From Planctomycetota bacterium (GTDB lineage: Bacteria > Planctomycetota > GCA-002687715 > CAIWVZ01): 64,000 nt of DNA. This document shows, in pieces, positions 1 to 9,346 of this stretch. Positions within the stretch are counted from its first letter, which is position 1. The number at the start of each line of letters is the position of its first letter. Made by a program: the position numbers and the translations under genes. Location of the stretch: assembly GCA_044222185.1 (NCBI GenBank), contig JBGANV010000003.1:576001-640000 (forward strand). Direction: 5' to 3'. The notes beneath the pieces were generated by a model. The model saw only the letters and a program-made list of their open reading frames with translations. It did no database searches and was not told the origin of the DNA.

Positions 1-5
1 TGCCC

Positions 6-1550
6 GTGATCGGGGACTCGTTCCCAACCGGTGTCGGCGGCGGTGGATTCGAGCGGGCGTTCCTCCCCCACCGCGACACTCCGGAATGGCTCCTGTCGGG
101 CATCGACACGCGCGTCGACAACCCACACCAGGAGTTCCTGTGGATCACGGCCGAGGCGGGCCTGCTCGGACTCGCGGCGCTCCTCTGGCTCGCGGCACTC
201 GCCCTGCGGCGTGCACGCACACCCGCCATCGGAGAGCCCGAGCTGCGCCGCGCGCTGCTGCTCGGGGGCATCGCGTTCGGGGTGGTCGCCTGCGTGCGGT
301 CGCCGCTCCATCACGCCGGTGGAGCCCTCGCGGTCGCGGCGCTGATAGGAGCCGTGGGACCCCGCGGCCCCGGGCGCGGAGGGCTCCGCGTCGTCGACGG
401 GCTCGCGTTGGCGCTGCTCGCGCTCGCGGCGGCGATCGCTCTCCTGAACGCGCGCGAAGATCGTGCCCTGGGGAGCGCCGTCGACGCTCTCAACACGGCC
501 AAGGGAGCGCTCCACGCGGCCCGGACCGAGCTTGCGCGCGACTCGATTCTCGAGGCGGGCCGTGGCATCCGCGGCATGCGTCAGGCGGTCGTGAAGGACT
601 TCGCCCGCTCGTTCCGCGCCTCGCTCGCGGCCGGCGAACTGGCGGAGGCTCGCACGGCGATGGCCGCGGCCGGCATCCCGCAGGAGACGTTCGCCGACCT
701 CCCGACGCTGGACGATGCACGGGCGTTGCTCGAAGAGACGCTGGCACTTTGTCCGAACCACCCAGGGGCGACGAATCAGCTCGCGCGGCTCTGGCTCAGT
801 CAGGGGTCGACGGCTCAGGCCGTCTCGATCCTGCGTGACGCCATCGAACATCTCCCGAATGCGCCCCGCTTCCGTCACAACCTCGCAGCGATCTACGGGA
901 TGGCCGATCTGCAATCGGACGCCTTCGACTGGATGCAGCAGGAGCTGAATCTCCAAGGCGCCCACCCCGTCGAAGACCGGCTCGCCCTGTGGAGCTTCGC
1001 GCTCGCGCTGGGCAGCGAACCGCGACACTTCGGCAGGTACCTCGTGCCCATCGAATCCGTGAGCACGACGGACGACGTGCTGGATGCCGCCGCTGGCGCC
1101 GTGAGCGCCGGTCAGACGACGGACGCACGCGCACGGCTCCTCGAACACGTCTATCTGCACCCCGGTGACGGTCGCGTTCTCGCACGGCTCGCCGAGGTCG
1201 ATTTCGCGGCCGGGCAGAGGCAGTCGGACACCGCCATCCTCACGGAAGCGAACCGGGCTTTTGCGCGCTCGCGCGTCCGTTTTGCGGTTCAGGCGGAAGC
1301 CGACGGCGATCACGAGCAGGCCGAGGTGTATTTGAAGCTCGCGCTGCAGAAGGATGCGAACCTCCTCGATGCGCTGTTTCTCCGTGCGCGCGTGCTCACC
1401 CGCCTCGACCGCATGGACGATGCCATGACTTCGTTGAAGCGCATGCTCGACCGAGGCGTGGCACCCGCCGACCTGCGCACGCTCATCATCAACGACGCGG
1501 TGTTGAACCCTCGCTACGCCGACAAGCGATTCTCCGCTCTCGGCATCTGA
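6..1550 (+). CDS. O-antigen ligase (Wzy_C-like) membrane protein with C-terminal TPR repeats; 5'-truncated at window edge
   Basis: GVGGGGF...HQEFLWITAEAGLLG resembles the O-antigen ligase periplasmic-loop/His motif. Hydrophobic TM stretches are followed by helical TPR-like repeats (LARLWLSQG...A...L..A). The frame is open to the window start. Confidence 0.7.
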   Translation: MIGDSFPTGVGGGGFERAFLPHRDTPEWLLSGIDTRVDNPHQEFLWITAEAGLLGLAALLWLAALALRRARTPAIGEPELRRALLLGGIAFGVVACVRSPLHHAGGALAVAALIGAVGPRGPGRGGLRVVDGLALALLALAAAIALLNAREDRALGSAVDALNTAKGALHAARTELARDSILEAGRGIRGMRQAVVKDFARSFRASLAAGELAEARTAMAAAGIPQETFADLPTLDDARALLEETLALCPNHPGATNQLARLWLSQGSTAQAVSILRDAIEHLPNAPRFRHNLAAIYGMADLQSDAFDWMQQELNLQGAHPVEDRLALWSFALALGSEPRHFGRYLVPIESVSTTDDVLDAAAGAVSAGQTTDARARLLEHVYLHPGDGRVLARLAEVDFAAGQRQSDTAILTEANRAFARSRVRFAVQAEADGDHEQAEVYLKLALQKDANLLDALFLRARVLTRLDRMDDAMTSLKRMLDRGVAPADLRTLIINDAVLNPRYADKRFSALGI

Positions 1551-1803
1551 AGAGCCGCGGAGCTCGCGATGCCCGCTCCCGCGTGAGCGCTCGACCGGTC
1601 GACGGCGATTCGCTCCGTCGGGGCGCGTGCCGGTGGGCACGAATGCGCGTTCCCGCTCGGCAGCCCCGTTCGGATTTCATGTCAGACGGACTCAGGTCGC
1701 GCCAATAGAAGGACGGCGGGGCGCAATTGGCTCTCCGCCACGGCGGTTTTCGTCCGCGACTCGACTGGCGGCCGGCAAAGCCGCCCGAGGTACACTCCCG
1801 TGA

Positions 1804-2391
1804 ATGCAGCCGCAGGTCTCGACACACGCGAGCCTCCTGATCCGACTCAGGGAAGGCCACGATTCCGTCGCCTGGGGCGAGTTCCACCGCCGCTACTCCG
1901 AGCTGCTCATCGCCTTCGCGAAGAGGCGCGGCCTGCAGGCGGCAGACGCGGAAGACGTGGCACAGGAGACCCTTCACGCCATCGCGCGCGGGATCCCGGA
2001 GTTCGCCTACGACCCTGGAAGGGGGCGATTCCGCAACTACCTGAAGACGGTGGCGATCCGAGCCATCTGGCGCCGCATGCGGGACAACGCCGCCGCACCC
2101 CAGCCGCTCGACGACGGGAATCCGACCGCGCTGGATTCGGACGCGGCCGTCGAGAACGAGTGGGAAGCGGAGTGGCGCCAACATCACCTACGACTCGCGA
2201 TGACCCGCGTCCGGCAGGAGTTCAACCGCACGGATCTGGAGGCGTTCGAAGCCGTGGCGGGCACGGGGCGGGAAGCCGCCTCGGTCGCGGCCGAACTCGG
2301 ACTGAGCGTCGACCAGGTCTACAAGGCGAAGTCGCGGATCATCCAGCGGCTGAAGGCCCTCGTCGCCGAGCAGACGAACGAGGAAGGCTGA
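1804..2391 (+). CDS. ECF-subfamily sigma-70 factor (planctomycete type, kinase-associated)
   Basis: THASLLIRL N-terminus, AWGEF..RY, region-2 DAEDVAQE, GRFRNYL, and region-4 HTH (VAAELGLSVDQVYKAKSR). 195 aa. Confidence 0.9.
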   Translation: MQPQVSTHASLLIRLREGHDSVAWGEFHRRYSELLIAFAKRRGLQAADAEDVAQETLHAIARGIPEFAYDPGRGRFRNYLKTVAIRAIWRRMRDNAAAPQPLDDGNPTALDSDAAVENEWEAEWRQHHLRLAMTRVRQEFNRTDLEAFEAVAGTGREAASVAAELGLSVDQVYKAKSRIIQRLKALVAEQTNEEG

Positions 2392-2413
2392 CCCCAGCCG
2401 AGGTGGCCGCGCC

Positions 2414-4960
2414 ATGGAGGTGAGCTCAACGTTCGGATGGTTCGAAGACGAGACCGTCTTGACGAACGAGCTTCGGACACACTTCGCGAACCGCGAAGCC
2501 GCGCCCGACGTCGCGGGCTACGAGAACCTCCGAGAGATCGGTCGCGGCGGCCAGGGAATCGTCTACGCGGGAATCCAGGTTTCCACGCGCCGGCTGGTTG
2601 CCGTGAAGGTCCTGCGCGACCCCGCAACGGGATCCGCCGCGGCCCGACGCCGGTTCGAGCGCGAGATCGACGTGGTCGGCTCGCTGCATCATCCGGGGAT
2701 CGTGAGCATCCACGATGGCGGCATCACCTCGGACGGGCGACCGTTCGTCGTGATGGAGCTGATCGACGGCGACCCCATCGATCAGTGCGGCCCGGTGCTC
2801 GCCCTGCGCGCGCACCCCGATCGGGACGGCCTCGTCGCCGTCATCACGCTGTTCGCCGAGGTCTGCGACGCGGTTCAGTACGCGCACCAGCACGGCGTGA
2901 TCCACCGGGATCTGAAACCCGGCAACCTGCGCGTCGATCGCGACGGTCGGGCGTGCGTGCTCGACTTCGGCCTCGCGAAGGCGCCCAACGCGGGCCCCGG
3001 CGTCACGGCGACGGGCACGGGACGTTTCGTCGGATCGCTCCCCTGGGCCAGTCCCGAACAGGCCGCGGGCGACCCCGATGCGATCGACGTGCGCACCGAC
3101 GTGTACGGGCTCGGCATGGTCCTCTACAACCTCCTCACCGGTGGGCTGCCCTTCGACGCATCCGGTTCGACGCGCGACGTCCTCGAGAAGATCGCGCTCG
3201 CGCCGCCCAACGCACCGAGCCGCCTCTGCCCGGTCATCGATCACGATCTCGAAACGGTCATGCTGCGCGCCATCGCCAAGGAGGCAGCGCGCCGGTACGC
3301 CTCGGCCGGGGCCTTCGTGGAGGATCTCCGCCGCTGGATCCGGCGGGAGCCCGTCGAGGCGCGGCGCGATTCGGCGCTCTACATGATCCGTGCGACGGCG
3401 CGGCGTCATCGGGCTGCCGTGGCGTCCGCCGCCGTGATCTTCATCGCCACGGTCGCCGCGCTCGTGGTCTCGCTCTCCGCGTTGACCACGGCGCGAGAGG
3501 AGCGGACACGCGCGACCGAGGAAGCAAAGGCCGCCGAGAGCGCGTTCGAGTTCCTCGTGAAGACGCTGGGCGTGGCCGATCCCGATCAGGTCGGCCGCGA
3601 AGCGAAGATCGTCGACGCCGTCGACCGCGCCGCAGCGACCGTGGAAGAGCGGTTTGCCGATCAACCGGCGCTGCGGATCCGCATGCACGCCGCGCTCTGC
3701 GACCTCTACTCGCGACTTGGCCGGCTGGCGGATGCCGAACGCGAGTCGCGACTCGCCGTCGACCAGATGGCCACTTCTGCCCCCGAGGACGCCCCCGAGC
3801 GGCTCGCACTCGAAAGCGAGCACGCGCTCGCCATGCACCGCATCGGGCAGACTGCGGAGGCGGCCCCGATCCTCCGTCGCGTCCTGAAGCTGCAGGAACG
3901 AGGCGGGCCCGCGCTCGAGGCCGCTGCGCTGAAGACCGCCGACCACCTCGCCAACGTGCTCGTCGCACTCGACCGATACGACGAGGCGTTGACCCTCGTC
4001 ACGGACGTCGGCGAACGAGCGAGTCATCAGCTGGCTCCCGGCGACGAAGTCCGACTGGGCCTCGAAGAGAGCCGCGCGGTCGCGCTCCGACGAACGGGGC
4101 GGCTCGAAGAGGCCGAGCACGCCTACCGCGAAGTGTGCGCGCATCGCGAGCAGTATCTCGGCGCGGACCACACGGAGACGCTCACCTGCTGGGGCAACCT
4201 GGCCGTGCTCTTGATGGACCGCGGCAGGCATCGAGACGCCGAGGCGATCCAGCGCCAAACCCTCGCCGTCTGCCGGACGAAGTACGGTCCCGAGCACGAC
4301 ATGACTCTCACCGCCGCCGCCAACCTCGCGACGACGTTGAACGCGCTCCACGAGCTGAGCGAAGCCCACGAACTCATGGTGGAGACTCTCGCCATACGGG
4401 AGCGCGTGCTCGGGGCTGAGCATCCCAACACGGTGACGCTGATGTCGAATCTCGCCTCGCTCGAGCTCGACCTCGGCAACTCGGACGCGGCGGAGAAGCT
4501 CCAGCTGCGCATCCTGGAGATCCGCAAGCGCCGCCTGGCCCCCGATCACACGGACACGCTGATCACGTTGAACAACATCGCCGGGCTGTACGGCAAGCTC
4601 GGCCGCCACGAGGAAGCCGCGGTCTACTACGAGGCGGCAGTGGAGGGCGCGAATCGCGCGCTCCGGCCCGACCACTGGATCTCCGCTCTCTTCAGCGCGA
4701 ACTTCGCGCGCACACTCGCGAAGCTCGAGAAGTTCGCCGAGAGCGAGACGAGACAGCTCGCCGCGCGGCAGGTGCTCGTCGCCAAGCTCGGCCCGCAGCA
4801 CGCCTACTCCGAGGTGTCGCGCAAGTACCTCATCGAGCTGTATGACCTCTGGAAGAAGCCCGCGGAGGCGGCGCGCTGGCGCGATCCTGCCGCATCGCGA
4901 CCTGCGACGGATTCGTCGCCGGCATCCGAGAGCCGCCCTTCCACGCGCCCCGGCGGCTGA
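2414..4960 (+). CDS. Hanks-type Ser/Thr protein kinase with TM helix and TPR (TPR_12-like) repeats
   Basis: GRGGQGIVY, VAVKVL, HRDLKPGN, DFG, SPEQ and DVYGLG motifs; TM segment AAVIFIATVAALVVSL; repeated LGxxHxxTL...NLA units. Confidence 0.92.
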   Translation: MEVSSTFGWFEDETVLTNELRTHFANREAAPDVAGYENLREIGRGGQGIVYAGIQVSTRRLVAVKVLRDPATGSAAARRRFEREIDVVGSLHHPGIVSIHDGGITSDGRPFVVMELIDGDPIDQCGPVLALRAHPDRDGLVAVITLFAEVCDAVQYAHQHGVIHRDLKPGNLRVDRDGRACVLDFGLAKAPNAGPGVTATGTGRFVGSLPWASPEQAAGDPDAIDVRTDVYGLGMVLYNLLTGGLPFDASGSTRDVLEKIALAPPNAPSRLCPVIDHDLETVMLRAIAKEAARRYASAGAFVEDLRRWIRREPVEARRDSALYMIRATARRHRAAVASAAVIFIATVAALVVSLSALTTAREERTRATEEAKAAESAFEFLVKTLGVADPDQVGREAKIVDAVDRAAATVEERFADQPALRIRMHAALCDLYSRLGRLADAERESRLAVDQMATSAPEDAPERLALESEHALAMHRIGQTAEAAPILRRVLKLQERGGPALEAAALKTADHLANVLVALDRYDEALTLVTDVGERASHQLAPGDEVRLGLEESRAVALRRTGRLEEAEHAYREVCAHREQYLGADHTETLTCWGNLAVLLMDRGRHRDAEAIQRQTLAVCRTKYGPEHDMTLTAAANLATTLNALHELSEAHELMVETLAIRERVLGAEHPNTVTLMSNLASLELDLGNSDAAEKLQLRILEIRKRRLAPDHTDTLITLNNIAGLYGKLGRHEEAAVYYEAAVEGANRALRPDHWISALFSANFARTLAKLEKFAESETRQLAARQVLVAKLGPQHAYSEVSRKYLIELYDLWKKPAEAARWRDPAASRPATDSSPASESRPSTRPGG

Positions 4961-5140
4961 TCGCGTTGCCGTCGCAGGTGCCGTCGTCTGCGACCGAGAT
5001 GCGCTCTCCCTCGCAGGCCTCGCCGTGCATCGAACGGCCGGGTCAGCTCTTGTTCGTAAACCATCTCCCTCGCGTTGACTTCGTTTCGCGCGTCGGCCAT
5101 GACGCACCGGCGATCCCCGATCCCTGCGAAAGGAGTCCCC

Positions 5141-6202
5141 GTGCGCATCCACGCGTTCGAAATGCGTGCCGTCGGCGAGCCGCTCGTGCGAACGGTCCGA
5201 GAGCTTCGAGACCCGGGCCCGGATGAAGTCGTCGTCGAGGTGAAGGCCTGCGGGGTCTGCCACACGGATCTCGGCTTCCTGCATGACGGTGTTCCCACGC
5301 GACATGCCCTTCCACTCGTGCTCGGTCACGAAGTCGCGGGAGTGGTGACGGCGTGTGGTGCCAATCAGGCAGCGCTCGCAGGCAAGCGCGTCATCGTTCC
5401 TGCCGTGATTCCCTGCGGATCTTGCGATCTCTGCCGCCGCGGTCGCGGTGACATCTGCAAGGCGCAGATCTTCCCGGGCAACGACGATCACGGAGGCTTC
5501 GCGTCTCACCTCGTCGTCCCGGGACGAGGCCTCTGCGTGGTTCCGGGCGCGGGCGATCGGGACGCATTCGCAAGGCTCTCCGTCTGCGCAGATGCCGTGT
5601 CGACGGCCTATGAAGCCGTACGCAAGTCCGGAGTCGCCACGGGCGATTTCGCGATCTTCGTGGGCGTGGGCGGAGTCGGCGGATTCGGGGCGCAGATCGC
5701 GCACGCTCGGGGCGCGCACGTGCTGGCGTTGGACGTCGACGACGATCGGCTCGAGACCATCAAGGGACGCGGCATCCGGTGGGTCCGGAACGTCCGCACG
5801 CTTTCCGCGAAGGATCTCAAGAAGGAAGTGCGCGATCTCGCGAAGTCGGCCGGGCTCTCGCCGACCGAGTGGAGGATCTTCGAGACGTCGGGCACCAAGC
5901 CGGGCCAGGAAACGGCGTTCAACCTCCTCACCCACGGCGCGTACCTGGGAGTCGTCGGGTACTACCCGGGCGACGTCACCGTCCGCCTGTCGAACCTCAT
6001 GGCGTTCGCCGCGCGCGCGGAGGGCACGTGGGGTTGCCCGCCCGAGCAGTTCCCAGAGGTCTTGGACCTCGTCCAGAGCGGCAAGGTCGCGCTCGAGCCG
6101 TTCGTCGAGCTGCACCCCATGACGTCCATCAACACGGTCTTCGACCGGCTCAAGAAGCACGAACTTCGCAAGCGGCCCGTACTCGTGCCGGACTTCGCGT
6201 GA
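5141..6202 (+). CDS. had: 6-hydroxycyclohex-1-ene-1-carbonyl-CoA dehydrogenase (Zn-dependent ADH family)
   Basis: GVCHTD, GHE and CGSCDLC Zn motifs, GVGGVGG NAD motif, RLSNLMAF and WGCPP segments; directly upstream of oah/dch/bcr. Start placed at GTG 5141 after AAGGAG. Confidence 0.88.
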   Translation: MRIHAFEMRAVGEPLVRTVRELRDPGPDEVVVEVKACGVCHTDLGFLHDGVPTRHALPLVLGHEVAGVVTACGANQAALAGKRVIVPAVIPCGSCDLCRRGRGDICKAQIFPGNDDHGGFASHLVVPGRGLCVVPGAGDRDAFARLSVCADAVSTAYEAVRKSGVATGDFAIFVGVGGVGGFGAQIAHARGAHVLALDVDDDRLETIKGRGIRWVRNVRTLSAKDLKKEVRDLAKSAGLSPTEWRIFETSGTKPGQETAFNLLTHGAYLGVVGYYPGDVTVRLSNLMAFAARAEGTWGCPPEQFPEVLDLVQSGKVALEPFVELHPMTSINTVFDRLKKHELRKRPVLVPDFA

Positions 6203-6216
6203 CGCAGGAGGCAGAA

Positions 6217-7323
6217 ATGGATTGGAAGAACCACGATCTATCCCCGCAGCTGAACAGCGGGATGGTGCGCTACGAGCACAAGGCCGTTCACACCAAGGAC
6301 GGTGGCTTCGCCACGGGCCTGCACGCCATCTGGATCACGCTCGACAACCCCGAGCAACTCAACTCCTACACCACCGAGATGGTGAAGGACGTGATCCTGG
6401 GATTCCGGCGCGCGTCGAACGATCGCGCCGCCGTGGCCGTCGTTTTCACCGGCGCGGGAACCCGTGCATTCTGCACCGGGGGGAACACCGCGGAATACGC
6501 CGAGTACTACGCGGGACGGCCCGGCGAGTACGCCCAGTACATGCGGCTGTTCAACGACATGGTCACGTCCATCCTCCTTTGTGACCTGCCCGTCATCTGC
6601 CGGGTCAACGGCATGCGAATCGCCGGTGGCCAGGAGATCGGAATGGCTTGCGACGTCACGATCGCGAGCGACCTCGCGACGTTCGGGCAAGCCGGGCCCA
6701 AGCACGGATCCGCGCCGGACGGCGGCGCGACCGACTTCCTGCCGCTCTTCGTGGGGATCGAACGCGCCATGGTGAATTGCGCGCTCTGCGAGCCGTGGAC
6801 GGCGTATCAGGCCGTTCGTTACGGGCTGATCACGGAAGCAGTGCCGGTGCTGGAGGTCGCAGGGCACACGGTGCCGAATCCGCTGGTCTGCCTGTCGAAC
6901 GCCACGGACGCGCGCGGTCAGATCCACTTCGGCGAGCCGCTCACGGGTGAGGACTACGACCGCGGCAAGGCGACGCTTCAATCGGGCCGGGTGAACCTCG
7001 ACCCGCTCGACCGGGCCGTCAACACCCTCGTCACCAAGTGCCTCTACACGTTCCCGGGCTGCGTATCGAAGACGATCCAGTCGGTGCGCAAGCAGAAGCT
7101 ATTCCACTGGGACCGCAACAAGGAGACGAACCGCGCGTGGCTCGGGTTGAACATGATGACGGAAGCGAAAGCCGGCTTCCGCGCGTTCAACGAAGGTCAG
7201 GGGCGCGACCGCGAGATCGACTTCATCGCGCTACGCCAGAAACTCGCTGCAGGGGAAGTGTGGAGCGACGACCTCATCGACTCCGTGATGCCGCGCTCCG
7301 CACACAAGGCCGGTGCCCGATGA
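6217..7323 (+). CDS. oah: 6-oxocyclohex-1-ene-1-carbonyl-CoA hydrolase (ring cleavage; Oah/BamA/BzdY)
   Basis: WITLDNPEQLNSYTTEMVK, FCTGGNTAEYAEYY, GQAGPKHGSAP and WLGLNMMTEA are characteristic of Oah. ATG 6217 follows AGGAGG. Confidence 0.95.
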   Translation: MDWKNHDLSPQLNSGMVRYEHKAVHTKDGGFATGLHAIWITLDNPEQLNSYTTEMVKDVILGFRRASNDRAAVAVVFTGAGTRAFCTGGNTAEYAEYYAGRPGEYAQYMRLFNDMVTSILLCDLPVICRVNGMRIAGGQEIGMACDVTIASDLATFGQAGPKHGSAPDGGATDFLPLFVGIERAMVNCALCEPWTAYQAVRYGLITEAVPVLEVAGHTVPNPLVCLSNATDARGQIHFGEPLTGEDYDRGKATLQSGRVNLDPLDRAVNTLVTKCLYTFPGCVSKTIQSVRKQKLFHWDRNKETNRAWLGLNMMTEAKAGFRAFNEGQGRDREIDFIALRQKLAAGEVWSDDLIDSVMPRSAHKAGAR

Positions 7324-7381
7324 CCGACCCGGTGGGATCCTGCCCACACGCCGCACGAACCACTGCCCCGGAGGGCTCATC

Positions 7382-8161
7382 ATGACGATGCCGACCGATC
7401 CGCGCGTCCGTGCCTCGTTCGACGAGAGCGGGCTGATCCATCACCTTCTCCTCGACCACCCGCGGGGGAACATCCTCGATCGCGCGATGATCGCGGCCCT
7501 GCGCGGCGCCATCGCCGACGGCCGCAAGAAACCCGAGCTACGCGCGCTGGTGATCGAGGGTTCCGGGAAGCACTTCTCCTTCGGCGCCTCCGTGGAAGAG
7601 CACCGCGCGCCGGTCGTCGGCGAGATGCTGCGCGAGTTTCACGGCCTCTTCCGGGATCTGGCCGACTGCGGCAGGTACCTCATCGCCATCGTGCGCGGTC
7701 AGTGCCTGGGCGGTGGACTCGAACTCGCCGGGTTCTGCCATCGAGTGATCGCGTCGCCCGACGCGCGGCTGGGGAACCCGGAGATCAAGCTGGGCGTGTT
7801 CGCGCCCGTCGCGTCACTCGTCGTCCCCGCCCGCGCAGGGCAGGCATGCGCAGACGACCTTCTGATCACGGGCCGGACGGTCGTCGCCGACGAGGCGCTG
7901 CGGATGGGGCTCATCGACGCGATCACGGACGATCCCAGCGCGGCCGCGTCGGCGTGGGTGAAAGAGCACCTCGCGCCGATCTCATCGATCGCCCTGACGC
8001 ATGCCCTCCGCGCCTCGCGCCACGCCTTCTACGGCACGTTCTTCCCAGCTCTCCGCGCGCTCGAGGATCAGTACCTGAGCCAGCTCATGGCGACGGCGGA
8101 CGCCAACGAGGGAATCGCCGCATTCATCGAGAAGAGGAGCCCGTCATGGAAGCACCGGTAA
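7382..8161 (+). CDS. dch: cyclohexa-1,5-diene-1-carbonyl-CoA hydratase (crotonase family)
   Basis: HFSFGASVEEH, GQCLGGGLEL and PEIKLGVFAP motifs; lies between oah and bcrC. Confidence 0.9.
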   Translation: MTMPTDPRVRASFDESGLIHHLLLDHPRGNILDRAMIAALRGAIADGRKKPELRALVIEGSGKHFSFGASVEEHRAPVVGEMLREFHGLFRDLADCGRYLIAIVRGQCLGGGLELAGFCHRVIASPDARLGNPEIKLGVFAPVASLVVPARAGQACADDLLITGRTVVADEALRMGLIDAITDDPSAAASAWVKEHLAPISSIALTHALRASRHAFYGTFFPALRALEDQYLSQLMATADANEGIAAFIEKRSPSWKHR

Positions 8162-9333
8162 AGGACTCACCGGCGGAACGTGCGCGGGCGGCGATCATCG
8201 CGCGCGCCGAGGACCTCTACCGCGACGTTGAGCTGAAGAGCGTCCGCGCCTGGAAGGAACGGAATCCGGGGCGAAAGGCCATCGGGTATCTCCCGACGTT
8301 CATCCCGCGGGAGATCGTCCACGCTGCGGGCATGCTGCCCGTGGGAATCGTCGGCGGCGGGGAGATCGAGGTCGTTCGCGGCGACGCGTGCTTCCAGAGC
8401 TACATCTGTCACCTCCCCCGAAGCACCATCGAACTCGGACTGAACGGCAGTTTCGATTGCCTCGACGGCGTCGTGTTCCCGAGCATCTGCGACGTGATCC
8501 GGAACCTGTCGGGCATGTGGCAGATCATGTTTCCCGGGAAGTACGTGCACTACTTCGACATGCCGCAGAACTTCGACCCGGCGATCGGCGGGGCCTTCTA
8601 CGAGCGTGAGCTGCGCCACTTCGCCGCGGACCTCGCGAAGCTCGGTGGAAGGCCGGTGACGGACGCTGCACTCCGGAAGTCCGTCGAGATCTTCAACGAG
8701 AACCGTCGCCTCCTCGCCCGCATCTACGATCTCCGGTCCGCCGAGCCGTGGCGGGTGCCCGCGTCGGAGATCTTCCTCCTCATGCGCGCCGGAATGCTGC
8801 TCCCCGTGGAGGAGCACACGGAGATGCTCGCGGCATACCTGGATGCCGTCCGCGCCGTCGACCGCCGCCCGCTCGACATGGCGCGGATCTCGATCCGCGG
8901 CTGCTTCTGTGAGCAACCACCGCTGGACCTGGTGCGCACGCTCGAGCGCTCCGGGTGTTTCATCGTCGACGACGACTGGATGCTCGTGCTGCGGTGGATC
9001 CGGGGCGACATCGAGACGGACGGCGACCCCTACCGGAACATGGCCCTTGCGTTCGTCCAGCGCAGCGCCGCGTCACCGTCGCTCTACGTGGCCGAAGCGG
9101 GACGCAAGGGCGAGCAGCTCGTCGCCGACGCACGATCGAGCAAGGCCGAGGGAGTGATCTTCGCGGCACCGAGTTTCTGCGACCCCGCGCTGCTCGATCA
9201 GCCCATGACCATGGCCGCCGTGAAGGAAGCCAAGATCCCGTGCACGGCCTTCCAGTACGCGGAGAACACGGGGCAGTTCCAGGTAATCCGGGAGCAGGCG
9301 GGCACGTTCGCCGACTCCATCAGGCTCGCATGA
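8146..9333 (+). CDS. bcrC: benzoyl-CoA reductase subunit C (class I)
   Basis: FQSYICHLPRSTIEL, FPSICDVIRNLSGMW, FCEQPP, SFCDPALL and FQVIREQAGTFADSI. ATG 8146 follows GAGGAG. Confidence 0.93.
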   Translation: MEAPVKDSPAERARAAIIARAEDLYRDVELKSVRAWKERNPGRKAIGYLPTFIPREIVHAAGMLPVGIVGGGEIEVVRGDACFQSYICHLPRSTIELGLNGSFDCLDGVVFPSICDVIRNLSGMWQIMFPGKYVHYFDMPQNFDPAIGGAFYERELRHFAADLAKLGGRPVTDAALRKSVEIFNENRRLLARIYDLRSAEPWRVPASEIFLLMRAGMLLPVEEHTEMLAAYLDAVRAVDRRPLDMARISIRGCFCEQPPLDLVRTLERSGCFIVDDDWMLVLRWIRGDIETDGDPYRNMALAFVQRSAASPSLYVAEAGRKGEQLVADARSSKAEGVIFAAPSFCDPALLDQPMTMAAVKEAKIPCTAFQYAENTGQFQVIREQAGTFADSIRLA

Positions 9334-9346
9334 TCGGAGACGCTCG

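Noticed and set aside
5075-5103. TTGACT-N17-CATGAC as sigma70 promoter of the had operon
   Set aside because: The -35 box is good but the -10 box is poor; not supportable without TSS data.
2426-6160. 1244-aa minus-strand ORF and similar long antisense ORFs (e.g. 33792-38390 +, 26358-28097 -, 45594-47342 -, 49381-51198 -, 57883-59862 +)
   Set aside because: Shadow frames of real genes in high-GC DNA. They are Arg/Val/Gly-rich without motifs and overlap well-supported genes on the opposite strand.
5779-6216. N-terminal extensions in the ORF track (oah from 5779, bcrC from 7702, GMC from 45531, GH63 from 47974, permease from 61559)
   Set aside because: They overlap upstream genes and lack family motifs; downstream starts with RBS or stop/start overlaps fit better.
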